From: Squalus acanthias
Taxonomy: Eukaryota
Direction: 5' to 3'
Assembly (NCBI GenBank): GCA_030390025.1
Contig: CM059446.1
Location: 38,316,001 to 38,380,000, forward strand
DNA: 64,000 bases
The notes under the pieces were generated by a model. That model saw only the letters and a list, made by a program, of their open reading frames with translations, did no database searches and was not told where the DNA came from. A program made the position numbers and the translations under genes. Shown piece by piece: positions 46,461 through 60,800 of this stretch (position 1 is the stretch's first letter; each line of letters opens with the position of its first letter).

Positions 46461-49409
46461 CCTTCTCTCCCGTAATCAGTCCTCATTAATTTGTTTTGAG
46501 GATATCGTATTAGTCATGGAGCGTGCTTAGAGTGTGTGAGCTGATTAGAGCAGGGTAGTATTTAGAGTTTGTTTAGGGATGGGAGAGACTGCGTGATTGA
46601 GTGGAGAAAAGCTGATTACATCAAGGAATTCTATTTACCTATAATTTTAGATCATCGGTAAAGCTTTAGTCTACTCGCTGAACTGACCGTTCAAAGCATG
46701 TGATTCCACTTGCTGCTTTCTTTGAGTTCTTCCTGACTCTCTATAGCCTGTCGTAACCTGTAATAGAATGCTCCTTGACAGGAGTTAAACTCTATCGACC
46801 ATCAGATTCATTTCCAACTGAGAGGCGAGAGATAATATATAATATTTTACATGCCTGGGGCTTTTTAAATGAATGTAATAAACTAATAACATACATAAAA
46901 AAGCAGCTTTCTCAGAGCAATGGCAACAGAGATTCAAGTTATGTGTATTGATCACTTTTTAATGTTAAGCTGCAACTTAACGTTAGATTTGTGCCATTCT
47001 CGCTGATTATTGTCCTTTCTATTGGTAGACGAGGCTTCTCACTCGTATATTTTCTTCATGCAGATATCAAAGGTCTTCTGGTCAAGCCGATGGGAGGTCA
47101 TTCTAATAATACCCAAGGTCACTTCTGGGAGCCAGTGAGTCTCACAGTCATTTTTCATTTGCTTGCAGCATTAACTGACAGTTGCAGGGAACTGGATGTT
47201 GCCGGCAATGGACATCATGTGATGTCATCAGCACATGCCACAGGATTATAGGACAAGCAGGAGCACGGGTCTGTGGATTAAAAAGGGAGAAATAATTAAA
47301 AAAAGAGACATATGATGGCAGCAAACGCATATCTTGCAGATCATATTCAGTGTGTACAACGCTGGAAGACACGATGGTGTTTACTTTGGTGTGAGCCCAA
47401 ACCTTTCCTTGGCGCTGCTCCAGAATATCTAACGTTTGGCCATTGGTGCCACGGTGAAAAGTCAACACAGTTCAGTGACTGGGTCTCGAGGGAAAAAACA
47501 AACGCCGGGAGTGTTGCTTGAACATTTATCTAATAAAGCGTTTCAGCAGACATCCTGCAGAACATCCCTGGGACTCCCTATTCCTTCCTGCCCTGCCCAA
47601 ACCCCCAAAAAGACAATGGCAAGACTTCAGGCTCCATTGCCCTCCTCGGTGTTTGATTTACATTTCGACTGTAATTAAACAGTTGAAGAACAACAATGTA
47701 GACAAATTCCAGCTGAACTTAAGTCTGCTTCTCCCCTGCCTTCGTGGCCCTTCATTAGATACTTTCCTCTTGGAGCAGGAGGTCAGGGAGTATAAATATA
47801 AATTGCATTTTGCATTACTTCTAGATGAGTGAAGCTGTCAAAGCAATAATACTAGCTTTCAGTCCCACTTTCTGCCACTTCTATCCCATTTTTCGGCCAG
47901 CAGGTCATGCACAAATTAAAAGTGACAGCCCAGCCGGCATGTCCAACAGACTTATATTGTTATAGCTTTCTGTCGTGGCACAGATCTCAGATCACAGCCT
48001 TAGCCTGTCTCCATGTCCCCGGTGCCTGCTGGAGATACTGCCAGCCTTAAGGAAGCGCTGAAGAAAAGAAACTGAAAACGTGCTTGAACATGTGGCCATT
48101 AATGGTGACGTGGAGAGGGGGAGACGTTTGTTGACAAATTAAATGGATCTCATTTGTTGCCCTGCATTTCTCAACTGCCCCACACTCATATGCCCAACAG
48201 TATTGTCCACCCTGTTACAACTGGATGCTGTTTCTTCAAAGTGAACTTTCAACATTTTGACTGGAAAGATGAAATGGATGGCAAATATTTTCATTTACAA
48301 GTTGATCAATTTTATTGACCTTTGAAAGGACCTTATGCATGATATAAAAATCAAATTGTACTGCAGCGAATTCTGCAATTTTTTTTATCTCTCATATGTT
48401 CGTCGAATTGTTTTATTTCAGTTTGATTGCTCACAGATGAACGGTTGCTTATTAAAAGGAGAAAATGCGCTCCGCCATTGCATAGTATTATTTATATATG
48501 GGTTCTAATTTGCCAGTCTCCTTAACTTACTGGATCCGTTCACGCCGTCAATGTTGTCGCCGCACGCTTTGAACGACTGTAGAGAGACATCCCAGGACAT
48601 TCATTGATGGACAGATTTCCTTTCACTCCAGACGTGTTGTTTTGCCAAAAGAAACAAACTGGAAGAGTGTGGCAACACGAGTTGTGGGCTACCCTTTCCA
48701 TAGCCTCAAGGTCTGATGCAACAAACAGCAGAAAACAAGTTTATCATCGAGAGTTACCTGAAATGGACGTGTCGGTGACATTTCTATATTAAATTAATAC
48801 CGACTTTCTATTTTATTGAGGGATTTGTGCTCTTAAAACTCTAGCACAACTTTCATTGCATTCTTTAGCGATCAAGTTTCTATAAAACAAACTTTAAACT
48901 TATTCACAAATATTCCCCAAAATATTGAAGCGTTTATTTCAATTTTCAAAAGTTATTTTTTGGTTGCAGAATTACAATCTCTAGCAGTCAGCTTGTAAAT
49001 GTTCCCAAAGAAAATTAATCGATGAAATGTGCTTGTGGAAAAGGCTATCACAATGTAACAGTAAGCTGTTGCATAATACTGTCACTGTTTTTTAATCTGA
49101 CAAGTTTGTACAAGAGGTAGTTACTGCTAAATAAATCATGTGAAAAATGTACATATTTTAATTGAATGAGAGGTGATTACCCCTAAACTGTCAATCATCC
49201 TCTTGCCATTTTTTGCATAAATTATCTTGCAGCTTCAGTTATCTATTCGGAGCTACAGTGCTCACATACTAACCCTATAAGTGATGTTCTACACTTTTCA
49301 GAGGACTGTGCTTAAGAGACACGCATATGAAGTGTGTTGCAGTGCGAACATTAATTGTTTTGGGACGAAAAACAGTGATATATATATTTTGTTTTTCCCT
49401 TTCTCGCTA

Positions 49410-49790
49410 ATTGTCTCCATTCATGAAGGCATTGGCTTCTTTTGGGGGATGTGGTTCCATGAGCATCACGTTGCCCTCGTTACCTCACCCAAGTGGCCGC
49501 TATTCAAATGTGAGCCTTAAAGGTGATTGTTGGTTGGCATGCTACACAACCTCAGGGGCTATCGCACCAGATCACTCAACCCTCACCCGGCGTCTAAGCA
49601 TGCGCACATCGTGCAGGGAACTGGATTGCGATCAGTAATGGGAACCCTGGCCAATTCCCCCCTGCTTTATCCAGGAGCACTTAGACCAAGTGTAGCACCC
49701 TCATCACTACCATAGCGGAGAGCCAGCTAATGCAGTGCACCTTCCTGGTCCGTATGTTTCAGGTATACCCTTCTCCTGAGTATGCCATCT
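49410..49790 (-). mobile_element. Old SINE-like interspersed repeat (unclassified)
   Basis: GC-richer island. Minus-strand blocks GACCAGGAAGG, GCCAGGGTTCCC, CTGATCGC.ATCCAG and GGCCACTTGGGTGAGGT resemble a shark repeat recalled from memory, not verified. Confidence 0.4.
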
Positions 49791-51529
49791 ACACCACGAG
49801 GACTGTGGTGGATGGATAAATGGTTAGGTCAATACATTTAGTAACCTCAGAAATAATGATATACAAGCTTAAAAGAGCACGAGTTATTTTCAAGGCTACT
49901 AGTTTACAACGACTGAATAAGTCAAATTCTGCTTTTAATACATGGGACTTCGAGATTTTTTATCAGTGACTTAGGGATTGCGCTATCATTTGTAATTGGG
50001 GACCGTGATTTACTATGACTCAATAAATCAAATTGCACTTTTATAATATGGGATTCCTGTATTTATTCCCATGTTTTGGGGAAATCTCATTCCACGATTC
50101 TCTTGCATTTTTCCAGTCTCCAGTCATACAGTCTCCATATCAGCTTGAGAATTCTTTTTATAACAGCCATAAAAGTAGAGATGTATATTTATAAATTATG
50201 CAACGCTGGCTTTTGTGATTCAGATCTCTTTGACAATTAAATTAGCTTGGTTTTTGATTAGCTTTGGTTCTGTTCTTTTCTGTTGTATTCTTGGCACCTT
50301 GTTGTTGACATCATTGGAACAACAGTCTTGGAGGAGATACTGAACTTTCAGAGTTAATCAACGTGAAGGGATATATATCTTCCTTCATTCGATCATGGTA
50401 GAGAAAAGTCAACAAGTGTGGAGTGCGGAAACGTGCTTAATACTGACATTAACATTAGAAAATACACCCCAAAGAGTTCACGTTTCTAATTTCCAAAAGC
50501 AACCCTGGGCTATGAAAGTTTTGACACATTCACGTTCCGCTCATTGAACCCGGAGCGAATGACTTCTCAATTCTCCGCAGGTTTGGTGGGCCACTTCTTA
50601 CCGGCACCTCCAAAACCCAGATAGTGATTCATTACTGTTATGGCATCATAATGTTTGTGCGGTGACGCCAAGTGGTCTCGATGCATACACACAAAATAGT
50701 TTGGCTAATTTTGTAACCATATATTTCTAATATTACCCCAAAATTGGGCAAACAGTTAAGGAACGATCTTGCACATTATTTTCCTCCCCTACCCTTTGGG
50801 GGCAAAGTGCAGAAAGCGGCTTTTACAATGCAATCTGGGATCTGCAGTTTAGGTCTGAAACTATAAGATGCTGGGGTTCTATAATTGAGTTTGGAGATTG
50901 ATTCAATCTGCTACTTAGCCTATTTTACGCACCGACTTTAGCAGTGTGTGAAGCGAGAACCGCCTTGCAGCAACACTACAGCTGGTATGTGAATGTACCC
51001 TTACACTCCTTGTGATCCGTGCTACTGTGGGGCTCAGTAACTCGCCCACCAAATCTCATAAGCAATGTGCCTTTTAATAAAAATTGACAAAAAAAGATGG
51101 AAAGCGCACGAAATTAAATCTTAATTACCATCATACAACGACTTTCCGATCAATGCGGAGCTTTTTTGGGTGTGCATCGATATGAAATCAGTGTTATAAC
51201 TTGGGATTAAGCATTGATCTGACTCAAGTGCAGTAAAGTGAAATATATGTACCCACTTCTAGTGGGTAGTCTCACACTCTTTGGAGTTCACACAGGATGT
51301 AGTATAACTCCAATCTAGTGTAAAGCTAGTTTTAAAACCTGGTCCATTGGCCCTCAATGGAATTTCTATCTCCAATGTGGAATATGTTTTTCTTTTCTTC
51401 CAAACACTTTAAGAACAAAAACAAAAAAAAGGAAAACAAAAAGATTGCTAGCTGAGAAAGAAAAACTGGCAAAAGTTTAACACTTCATGGCAAAGCATTA
51501 AGAACATTTTTTCTACAACACAAACACAG

Positions 51530-51688
51530 TAATACAAAAGCAAAATACTGCGGATGCTGGAAATCTGAAATAAAAACAGAAAATGCTGGAAATACTCAGC
51601 AGGCCAGGCAGCATCTGTGAAGAGAGAAGCAGAGTTAACGTTTCTGAAACGTTAACTTGGTTTTTATCTCCACAGAAACTGTCTGACT
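51530..51688. mobile_element. Miniature fold-back Penelope remnant (family 2 terminus)
   Basis: 51530-51644 is the reverse complement of ~30595-30708, including the tail. Centre AGTTAACGTTTC-T-GAAACGTTAACT (51633-51657). A diverged forward arm continues to ~51688. Confidence 0.8.
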
Positions 51689-52269
51689 TAATAGAATAAA
51701 GCGTATTGGTTTTCACGCCAGTATAGTAAAGGTGTGTATTGTTAATATGGTGCATTGATGGATAAATTGTGTATATTTTACATACTTAAGATCTGAGGTG
51801 GACTGGAGGCAACACAGTTAGATAGGTACACACAGGGTCTATTCCGTGCCTCAATACATGGGGGCTATCCCACCCCTTGATACACAGGGGTTATCCCACC
51901 TTTGATACACAGGGGATTCCCTGCCGCCTCCGAGGGAATATAGCAACTCTCGGCCACGCTGTCGCATTAAAAATAATTACCCAACATGCACACGATCTCT
52001 CTGCTAGTTGAAGAGAGTGTAGTGTGCTACAATGCACAGCCCACAGTACAATTTAGTTCTGCCGCTGAACACCGGACTGTACAGGTACTGGCTAAAGCAG
52101 GTATCTGTAGTAGAATGGCAGCCATCATTCTTTGACTGTGGAAAAAGTTGTGCTAGCGAGCTTTATTATTTTATTTGAACCAGTAATTTGCGAAATGTTG
52201 TTACTAGATTCCATACGGCCCAATAAAAAGTTAGCTCAAATAAAACTAAGAAAGAAAAAATAAATAACT

Positions 52270-52680
52270 TGTGTTCATATTCTTCGTATGTCCCAAAGTG
52301 CTTCATAGTCAATTAATTGTAAGTGTAAGCTCTGTTGTTAAGGAGACAACTGCCACAGCCAATTTGTGCACAGCAATATCCCAGAAACAGCAAATAAGAC
52401 AAATTACCAGTTAATCCGTTTTGGTTGAGGGCTGAATGTTGGTCAGGTGACCAGGAAAACTCTGCTCTTCTTCAAATAGTGAATGGGATCTTTCACATCC
52501 ACCCGAATAGCCAGACAGGGCCTCAGTTTAATGTCTAATTTGAAAGACTGCTCCGCCAACAAAATTGCGTTCCTCAGTACTGCATCGGATTATCAGCCTA
52601 AATTACCTGCACAAGTCCGGGAGTAGGGCTTGGACCCATAATTCTGACTCAGAGGCAAGAATGTTACCACTGAGTCAAGC
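52270..52680 (-). mobile_element. Degraded DeuSINE
   Basis: CAGCCAATTTGTGCACAGCAA, CTGCTCTTCTTCAAATAGTG and TTCTGACTCAGAGGCAAG match the family in reverse. Confidence 0.75.
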
Positions 52681-53679
52681 TTCATGGGATGAAGAGTGTA
52701 AAGCAACCATCTAAAAGTGTTGAATTGTCAACCCAATAACAATCTAAAAACACTTTAGAGATGCTTAACTAAAGCTCATAACTGACATTTTCTCATGGAT
52801 TGTTACTTCTTCCGATCTATGTAACTAAACATTTTTGTGTCCGTTCAAGAACTTATCAGCTCTACACTACATTTCCAACTTGATAAGTGATTTCCACTCA
52901 TACTTCTCTATCATATTCAGTAAACACAAAATGCATCCTTGAATATTAATTTGTCTCTTCGATAACTTATAAAGGTGTCGTGAGATTTTCAGCATAAATA
53001 AATAGCAAATACCACGTTTGTATCCAGAATATAATTGTCACCTCAGCAGCTTAGCGTGCAGTTACACTGCCACTTTTGCATCGCACCCAAACGCTTTGAA
53101 GGTGCGGTATAAGTCAAGTGTGAGGTCAGTGGTCTGACTCCCCGGCACACTAATACTGGGGGGGGGGGGGGGGGGGGGTTCAGAGGAGCAACTCAGACTG
53201 CTTGGATGTTGCACTGGATGCAGTATAACTTCGTCCCAGTGCAAAATTGCATCTTTGAAGGGCTTGGCAGTCTGTTAGATCTTTTGGATACTTTATAGAC
53301 GTATTCTTCAGAATGTTTAATGTTAGGGGTAAGTAGATGCACTCCCCTAACATTACAAAATAAACTATTTAGGAAGCAGAGTTCCGGCTGTCCAAGAAGA
53401 CGTGCACAGAACTCCTTTATAGCGGACCTCAGTGCAGCCTGCAGTTGCACAGTCGGCAATATAACTCCAGCGTGCCAGTTGTTCATCGCACTCTACAGAT
53501 CTCTGTCTGAGACCGGTAGCTGCATTATGACTGCAGCGTTAGCGTACAGTTATACAGCCACTTGCATCGATCTGAAGCTACTTTGGATGTGCATTGTGTG
53601 CAAAAGTGGCCGCATCATTCTGGAGTCACGTCCCTATCTGTCTTTCTAGTGTACTGAGGCTTATATGTTTTCATACATA

Positions 53680-53766
53680 ACAACAGTCACTACACTTCAG
53701 AAGTAATTCTTCGCGTGAAGTGCTTCGAGATGTTGGCATGCAACAATTAGCTATAGAAATTTAAGT
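53680..53766 (+). mobile_element. DeuSINE tail fragment
   Basis: ACAACAGTCACTACACTTCAGAAGTA...GCTATAGAAAT. Confidence 0.55.
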
Positions 53767-56700
53767 GCTCTTATTATATAAAGCCAGAAGATGAGCGATC
53801 CCCTCCAGCAACCTGTCGCAGTTCCCAGGAATTGCAATATAACTTTCACCAAGAAAGATGCCGCATTTTAAATCTGCTCTGTCAGCCCCGCGGATCTCTG
53901 GAAACGTGATGTTTTCAAAGTTATAAAGGCTCAGAGACAGCAAACTCGCCCACAATAAAATATCCCTCCCAGGGCGAGGCTATGCACAGGCACACCGTTC
54001 CTTCGCTATTGACCTCGGGTATAACTCCAATCTGCTAGCTGCACCTGTTCCATCCCAGATAGTACTTCTGAATAGAAATCCAGCCTTAAAACCCCTTTGT
54101 TCTTTGTTATATCTTCACCAAAAATGTTCTGTGTTTTATTTTATGAAATGTTTGTTAAAACTACTTCTTGTACATCAGGTAACATCATGAAATCGGCACA
54201 GGAAGACTGGAGGAGTTACGCTGTGGTGCCGACACCTATGCGATTTCGCATCGCGGTTGTCGAACCCCGCTCACCTGTGTAGGTGTGTCAAATGTCACTG
54301 GCAATTTGGAACTTCGCCAAGTACACAAAATTAGCCATTTCTAGCTCTCCGGCAGTTCTACATTAGCATTTCCTTTCTAATCAAATTACCAACTGAACCT
54401 TAAGGGCCGGGGTAACAGAACCTTGTCCGCTCTCAGAGGTATTCCCGGCGACCAGTTTCAAAACATTAAACGGGTTTAACAAATAATATATGGCGCCCAG
54501 TGATTCTACATGTCACATCTTCGATAATCAACTGCATTTTTATCTTGTGCATTTTTATTCTTTCTAGTTTCTAGTTTCATCTCTGCCAAAGTACGCCTTG
54601 TTTCTGTGACTGTGGAGGAGGGATGTCGCCCACTTCCCCGCTTTAATTTGTATTTGAATCAACCATTGCATGAAACTTTGTTGCAAACTAGAATTGGACC
54701 ATCGTTGTCTTTAACCTTACAAACTCTTGACAATAGCCAAACTCGCTTCAGCCTTGGGTGGATGTCAGTTGACTGCACTGACATTTCAATCAAAGTCCTG
54801 CAACTCGTGAATATTCATATATTTAAGGCGGGTTTTTAGCTTGCGTTGGCGTTACCGTGCAAACCTTCTGAATTCTTACCTAACAACTCGCACAGAAGTG
54901 AAGTAACACACTTATAATTAATATGTTACGGTTGGTAGGCTGATCATGATTTAGTTAATGAAAGTGTTACAACTATTGACAGCTGAAATCTTCATGCTGA
55001 GCCTGATGCATCTGGTATTGGTAAGAATGGCAGGTTGCCTGGCCATATATAACTTCCATACGGCATACATTATGAATTATGTATAATAGATACAATCAAA
55101 TTACAGGGGCTACACCATAATTTGTGAGTGTGGGATCTCCAATCCTCCAGCGCAATTACTCTCGAAATGTGTGACATTATATGATGCCTTTTGCGACAAT
55201 GTTGTTCATTTCCCCCAGATGTCATGTTCATCGACTGTCGACAAACTGGGCTGAACATGGTCAAACTGCTCCAGTAAAACAAACTGAAACTGTGGGGAGG
55301 GGACACGACCAATATACCACCAAAAACCTGCCTTCATTCTAGTTCAAAACAAAAGTTGAGCCAGATATGACAGCCTGCTACTAATCGGGATCAGTAGGGA
55401 TGCTAACCTACCAATAAAGTGTCGGACTACAGGTTTGAATGGATAGGTTTAATTTTAAGACTAAAAATGACTCACTTTTCAGGGAATTTTGGAGTATACA
55501 CATTTGATGCCTTTCAATTTTATCGGATAACACTAGGTGACATTTTTTTCTGTCAGCTGGTTGGTTTGGGGTTAATTGTGTTAAATAACCAAATAAGCCA
55601 GGGATGTAATGAAGTAGAAACATCAAGGTGTATGTTACACTTTTGATTGGACGGGTCCTATTAAGCTCGCTGTCTGCTGTGGTGAGGCATTTACTTTTCA
55701 TTTGTTGTGCTGGGGGCGAATAAATGTATACATTGTTGCCCTTATTTCTTGTTGTTGTTGGAGATATGTTAATTCTCCTTTTCTGCTCCTTCTCATCTTC
55801 TCGCCTTGATCTCTCCCTGTGGCATTTATTGCGCTTTTAATTATTTTACCTCGATTTATATCTCTTAGATTTATTGGACTATGTGCCACACTCCCTGTTA
55901 TCCCTCCCTTTATTTTTTTTTTTTTTTTTTTCCCCCCCGTTTAGGAAATATTAACCCGCCGCAGACTTTCTGCTCATTTCAGAGAAAGATATTCGTATTG
56001 CTTGCTAATCAAATAAATTTTAATATGACCGAAGTGTAGATGATAAAGGCCGTGTCTTCATTTACGGTGGAAGTTACACTGCAGCCGGTACAAAGTCCAA
56101 TTAGTGCAATGCCAGGTCCTCGAGATGGTCTAGTACCTCTTCTGTTAAAACCAAATCGCTCTCAAATCCCAGTATACTGTATATTCTGTGTCCAATCGAT
56201 GCAAAATCGGCAGTTAACTGGTCCAACACTGGAGTTAAGCGAATCTGAAAAAATGCTATTATATCTAACTGTGATGCAACCCTGGCACTGTAAGGTTGGA
56301 AATATGACATCTGAATAAACAGAAAAATACGGAATCCTAAAACCAATCTCCTTATAATTTGTTGTCTTCTTTAACACTTTAATGAACTACCATTTAAGTG
56401 GAGAGTTCATTCTCCGCTCCCTGAGAAATCCCAACTTTATTACCGTTGGAACAAATCGAATTCAAAGAATACAAAATATTCGCTAAAAAAATTACATTAA
56501 TGATCAATTCTGACATTTGCGTCGTAGACTGGCAACTTCCAAAAGAGTTGTCACTTAAGAACATGACTGAGTCCATATTTGGGGGCTCTTAGGGATGTAA
56601 TTAGCACAGTAAAAGTTATCATCTGATTCACCTGAAAAGGGAATGTCAATCCCACTGGGCCATTTCAGGGTAATTCAACAGCACTGATCTGAAACACAGA

Positions 56701-57449
56701 CACAGGAACAAATAAAAGGGTGGATTTCAAAAAAGGCGCCATGTCTCGATTGGAGAACATTTCAATTAATATTTAACTCTTGCCATCCATGAGAGGGTAT
56801 ATGCTGCTGGTATACACCGTGAAATAGTATGCACCCTGCAAAAAATACCTTTGCAATTACTCCTTTGAATATGCTAGCCGTGTGGACAATTCAATAGAAA
56901 ATTAGAAGGGTTAAAGTACTGTAAAAAACACAGAGCGTGCCAGTCTGAGAGTAGCGAGCACTTTCTATTCGAGGTGAATTCAAGTGAACTAATATCTCCG
57001 AGGTTACATTAGATAAATACGCCCCGTTTGCTTCAGACTCGGGGCTTTGGTTGGCTATAATTTTTTATATAAAAACGAGACAGACAGACCGATTTGTGTT
57101 TCCCCCCTCTGATCACGCTGTTTATTCTTTGAACTCCAAAGCAACATGTTTTGCGCGTGAAGTTTAGTTGAAATATAAAGTGTAGCTGATAAGAATAATT
57201 TGTTGTATAAATGGTTGAGTGCAGGCTACCCTGCACTGTCAAACACGTGCAGGGGAAATGCGTTTCTTTCTGAATGTGTAGCCTCTTGCTGATTAATAGC
57301 GAACCGCTAAAGGCAGCCAGGCGTGAGACTATTAGAAAAAAATTAAACAGCTTGTGGTAGAGGTTCGCCACAGACAACACAACTAGGATACTGGGCAATA
57401 ATTTAATGGTGATGTCAGCTACAAAAACTGGTCATCAATCAGAGCAGGG

Positions 57450-57860
57450 CTTTATCTCTATCCCTTCTATCTTACTTTTCTCGGATTCGCACTTTCTCTC
57501 CTCTGCCAAGTATTCCCCTCCCCTCCATTTTTGCTTATTGGGTAAATTCTTTGTCCCTCCTGTTTCTATTCTTCTTGGTTATTGTGCTACACTTTCTAGC
57601 ACATTTTTCTCGTTCAGCTGGTTTCATTTCCCCGGTTTTCAATAGTTTCTCTCTCTGTTCTTACAGTTTACACTCATTTTAATATCCAATGTTCATTGGT
57701 CTCACTTTCTTATCCTTGGTTTATCTCTATCTCAAATTGCCTTATTTTATTTTACCTTTATTGTTCCACTCCCTTTTCATTATCTGATCCTTTTTCTTCA
57801 ACTTTCAAATTTCATTTGTATTTCTTTTATTTAAAAATCTGTCTATTTCAACTAAGTTTC
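57450..57860. repeat. Pyrimidine-rich low-complexity tract
   Basis: CT-dominated sequence with no fixed unit. Confidence 0.6.
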
Positions 57861-60800
57861 TCTTGCAACACAAGGGTGGGGTGTAAATCTATTCGCAGTT
57901 TTATTGATTTGCAAAAGTACAAACAATACAACTAATAAACCAACTGAAAAGGGGTTTATACTGAGGTCCTCACTCTTGTACCTACCTACCGCACCTCAGG
58001 TACAGTATCATCAAACCACACGAAATGTCACAAAAAGAGACTTTGGTGTAAATCGACATTTTTCCAACTTATTTGACTTGTGACCTAGTGCTAATTAAGA
58101 AAATGAATCTCGATTTTTATTCATTTCCCCAAAACGCATCGTTAGTTTATTTCGTGAAGAAAACGCCCACATATATTCTGTGAAGCGTGATTAAATCCTT
58201 CATATCTGTAAACACGCCCCATAGATTTTTTTTAACGTTAACTCATTATAATTGTAATAACAATATTCTAGATGCCCATCACAAAGAGTGATTTACAGGA
58301 GATTAACTAATGCCCCAAAATTGCATAACTTTAAAATGATAATTTTATATGAAACTTGTATTTGCAGAATGGTGAATGATAAAACAAATGGCAAACGCTT
58401 GCAACGTCTCAATGCAATCTTCCTTTTGTATAAGTAAGCCATTTCAGATTCTGCAGTTTTAAACTTTGCCTTTATTGGTAAAAATATTGCCGACTATTAT
58501 TATATAAGCAACTATTATCGATAAAATTGGCAAATGATAGTATCTGGCATCGTAGATTTGCATAATTTTAATGATCTTTGCTTTCATTATAATGTAATAT
58601 TAATATTTTAACTTGGCAGAGGACATTCACTTTTAATATTCCTGGTATAATTATTTGGGACTTTGACTGTTGTATCAAACTTTTCTTGGAACTGATGCCT
58701 ACAGGTGACGTCATTGATTTAGCCTGCTTAAAGCCATGTTGAAAACAAACATGTTTCTCTAAACGTCACTGGCCACCGACTTGTTTGGAACGGCACTGGA
58801 TTCCCGTGTTGTGACTTTCGCTGCATGCATTCCTTTTTCTCAGTGTGTAAACCAGTGGAAATTTAAAAAAAAAGAAAGGGAAAATCACGCGACCACTCTC
58901 ATAAGCAACACGTGCTTAAAAGAAAACTTTGATATGGCTTTTTTTATTTTGGTCCGCCACTTAATTTGATTCACAATTTCCGCTAACTCGGGCTTTGAAG
59001 GCAGAGAGGCAACAAGACAGACAGCAATCTCCTCTTTTCTCAGAGAGACCCGTCATCCCAGCGATCAGAGACGAGTCAGAACAGTGCTTTCCAAATTCAC
59101 TCACCCTGCAAGACATCTCTGTGCATCAAAATGCAGCCCAGTTACAGACCTCAATTTTTTGATTATGAATCCACTGATCTTGTTTTGAAATGCGAATCAG
59201 TAAGCCCATAAGCCTTCAAACGTGTGAAATTTGAAAGATCTCAAGAAGCAATCTCCGGCTGCCTGACCCCTGACAGCCTGTCTCTCTCTCTCTCCCCCCT
59301 CTCTCTCTGTCCCTGGCAGTATTTCATTCGCTACAAACTATCTTTTAGATTTGCGCCTATATTGAATATCCATAGAGCGCCGTTCCTGTGTGGGGCAAGC
59401 CTTTAGCATGTCGCAACTCTAGGATTTGTGTGAAAAATCATTATCTGAAATACAGATTGAAATTAGAGGAGACGTCACCACGCAATCGAAAGAAGACAAG
59501 ACCTGGGAAATGACGTATTATCCATTGGATTTCACTTTAATCGTGTTTGGTTAAATAAGATGCGACTAAATCATTTGATAGAAGGGAAGTTTCGTAAGAC
59601 AGGTTAAAAGTTTCAGTCGCAGAGTGTGCATCCATCAATGTTACACAGTAACAAGTGATGTTTCAAACAGAATTCTCACATGCTAACTATATATATATAT
59701 AATATAAACACACGATATAGAATCGTAAATAATCCTATATATATGATTGAATGAAAGAAAACGATTAAACGTTTTTAATAAAAGTTAAATATTTACTTAA
59801 TATAACCTACTGAGCTAAAAGTTTGGCTAACTTTCCCTCATCATTAAATGCTGCAGAGCCGCTTCCTCTGATATCTGAATTCCAAAACCTGCGTTATAAC
59901 AACCTGATCATTTTTGATCAATAAATCCCTGCACCAAACGCTGCAGAAGCCGTGTAATTCCTTCCTTAAGGGGAGAAAGACGATGAAACAGTAAAATAGA
60001 AAATCGATCGCAAAGTACTGAAAGTAAGACCATGCCTGTGTTTATTTGTCACTGTTTGGATAATTATAATAAGACCTTTTAAAATGCTGGAATGTTTTTT
60101 TCTGTATTGCCGATCAGCTATACTCGGTTTCTCAATGTGTCAGCTAACAATTTAGCATTGGGTTTTTGCCTTGATGATGAAATAAAGTTCTTCTAAGTAA
60201 TCAGTGATTTCCAGTTTTGTTTCTGTTGCTTGTCATAGCTCCCCTTTGATTTCCTGATTATTGCTTCCTCAAATGTTGTACAAGTGCATTTCTTCAACTC
60301 ATTCAATCCCAACTATTCGCTCCCTTTCACAATGCACTTGTCTATTTCCCGTCAGTCTAGAGAGATGCATGCAACTCACTGGATCTCTTATAGCTATCAA
60401 TAAATGTCATTAAATCAAGATAAGTAGCGATTGCTCTGAGATACATATTTCTACAGACTGTGTGTACAACATGCACTTTTAAAAAACCAGCAGGAAAACT
60501 GAGTGTTGGCATCTTCGCTGTGGTTTGTAACTTTTTGGGTAAAGTTGGTTTGTGCCTGTATAGTATTTGGGTGCAATTACCAACCCCCCCCCCCCCCCCC
60601 CCCCAACACACACACATAGTTTTGGACCGTAGACTATGTCATTAGATCCAATGGCAAGTCTTTATGGAAAGTGTTTTGCATAATTACATGCCATAGCCAG
60701 AATACTAACCCCGAAATTTTATGGGTCACAAAACTTTAACAATTGCCACATTATTGTCCAAGGCACGAAGTACGCCACTATCGGCTCGAGGAGAAAGTAA

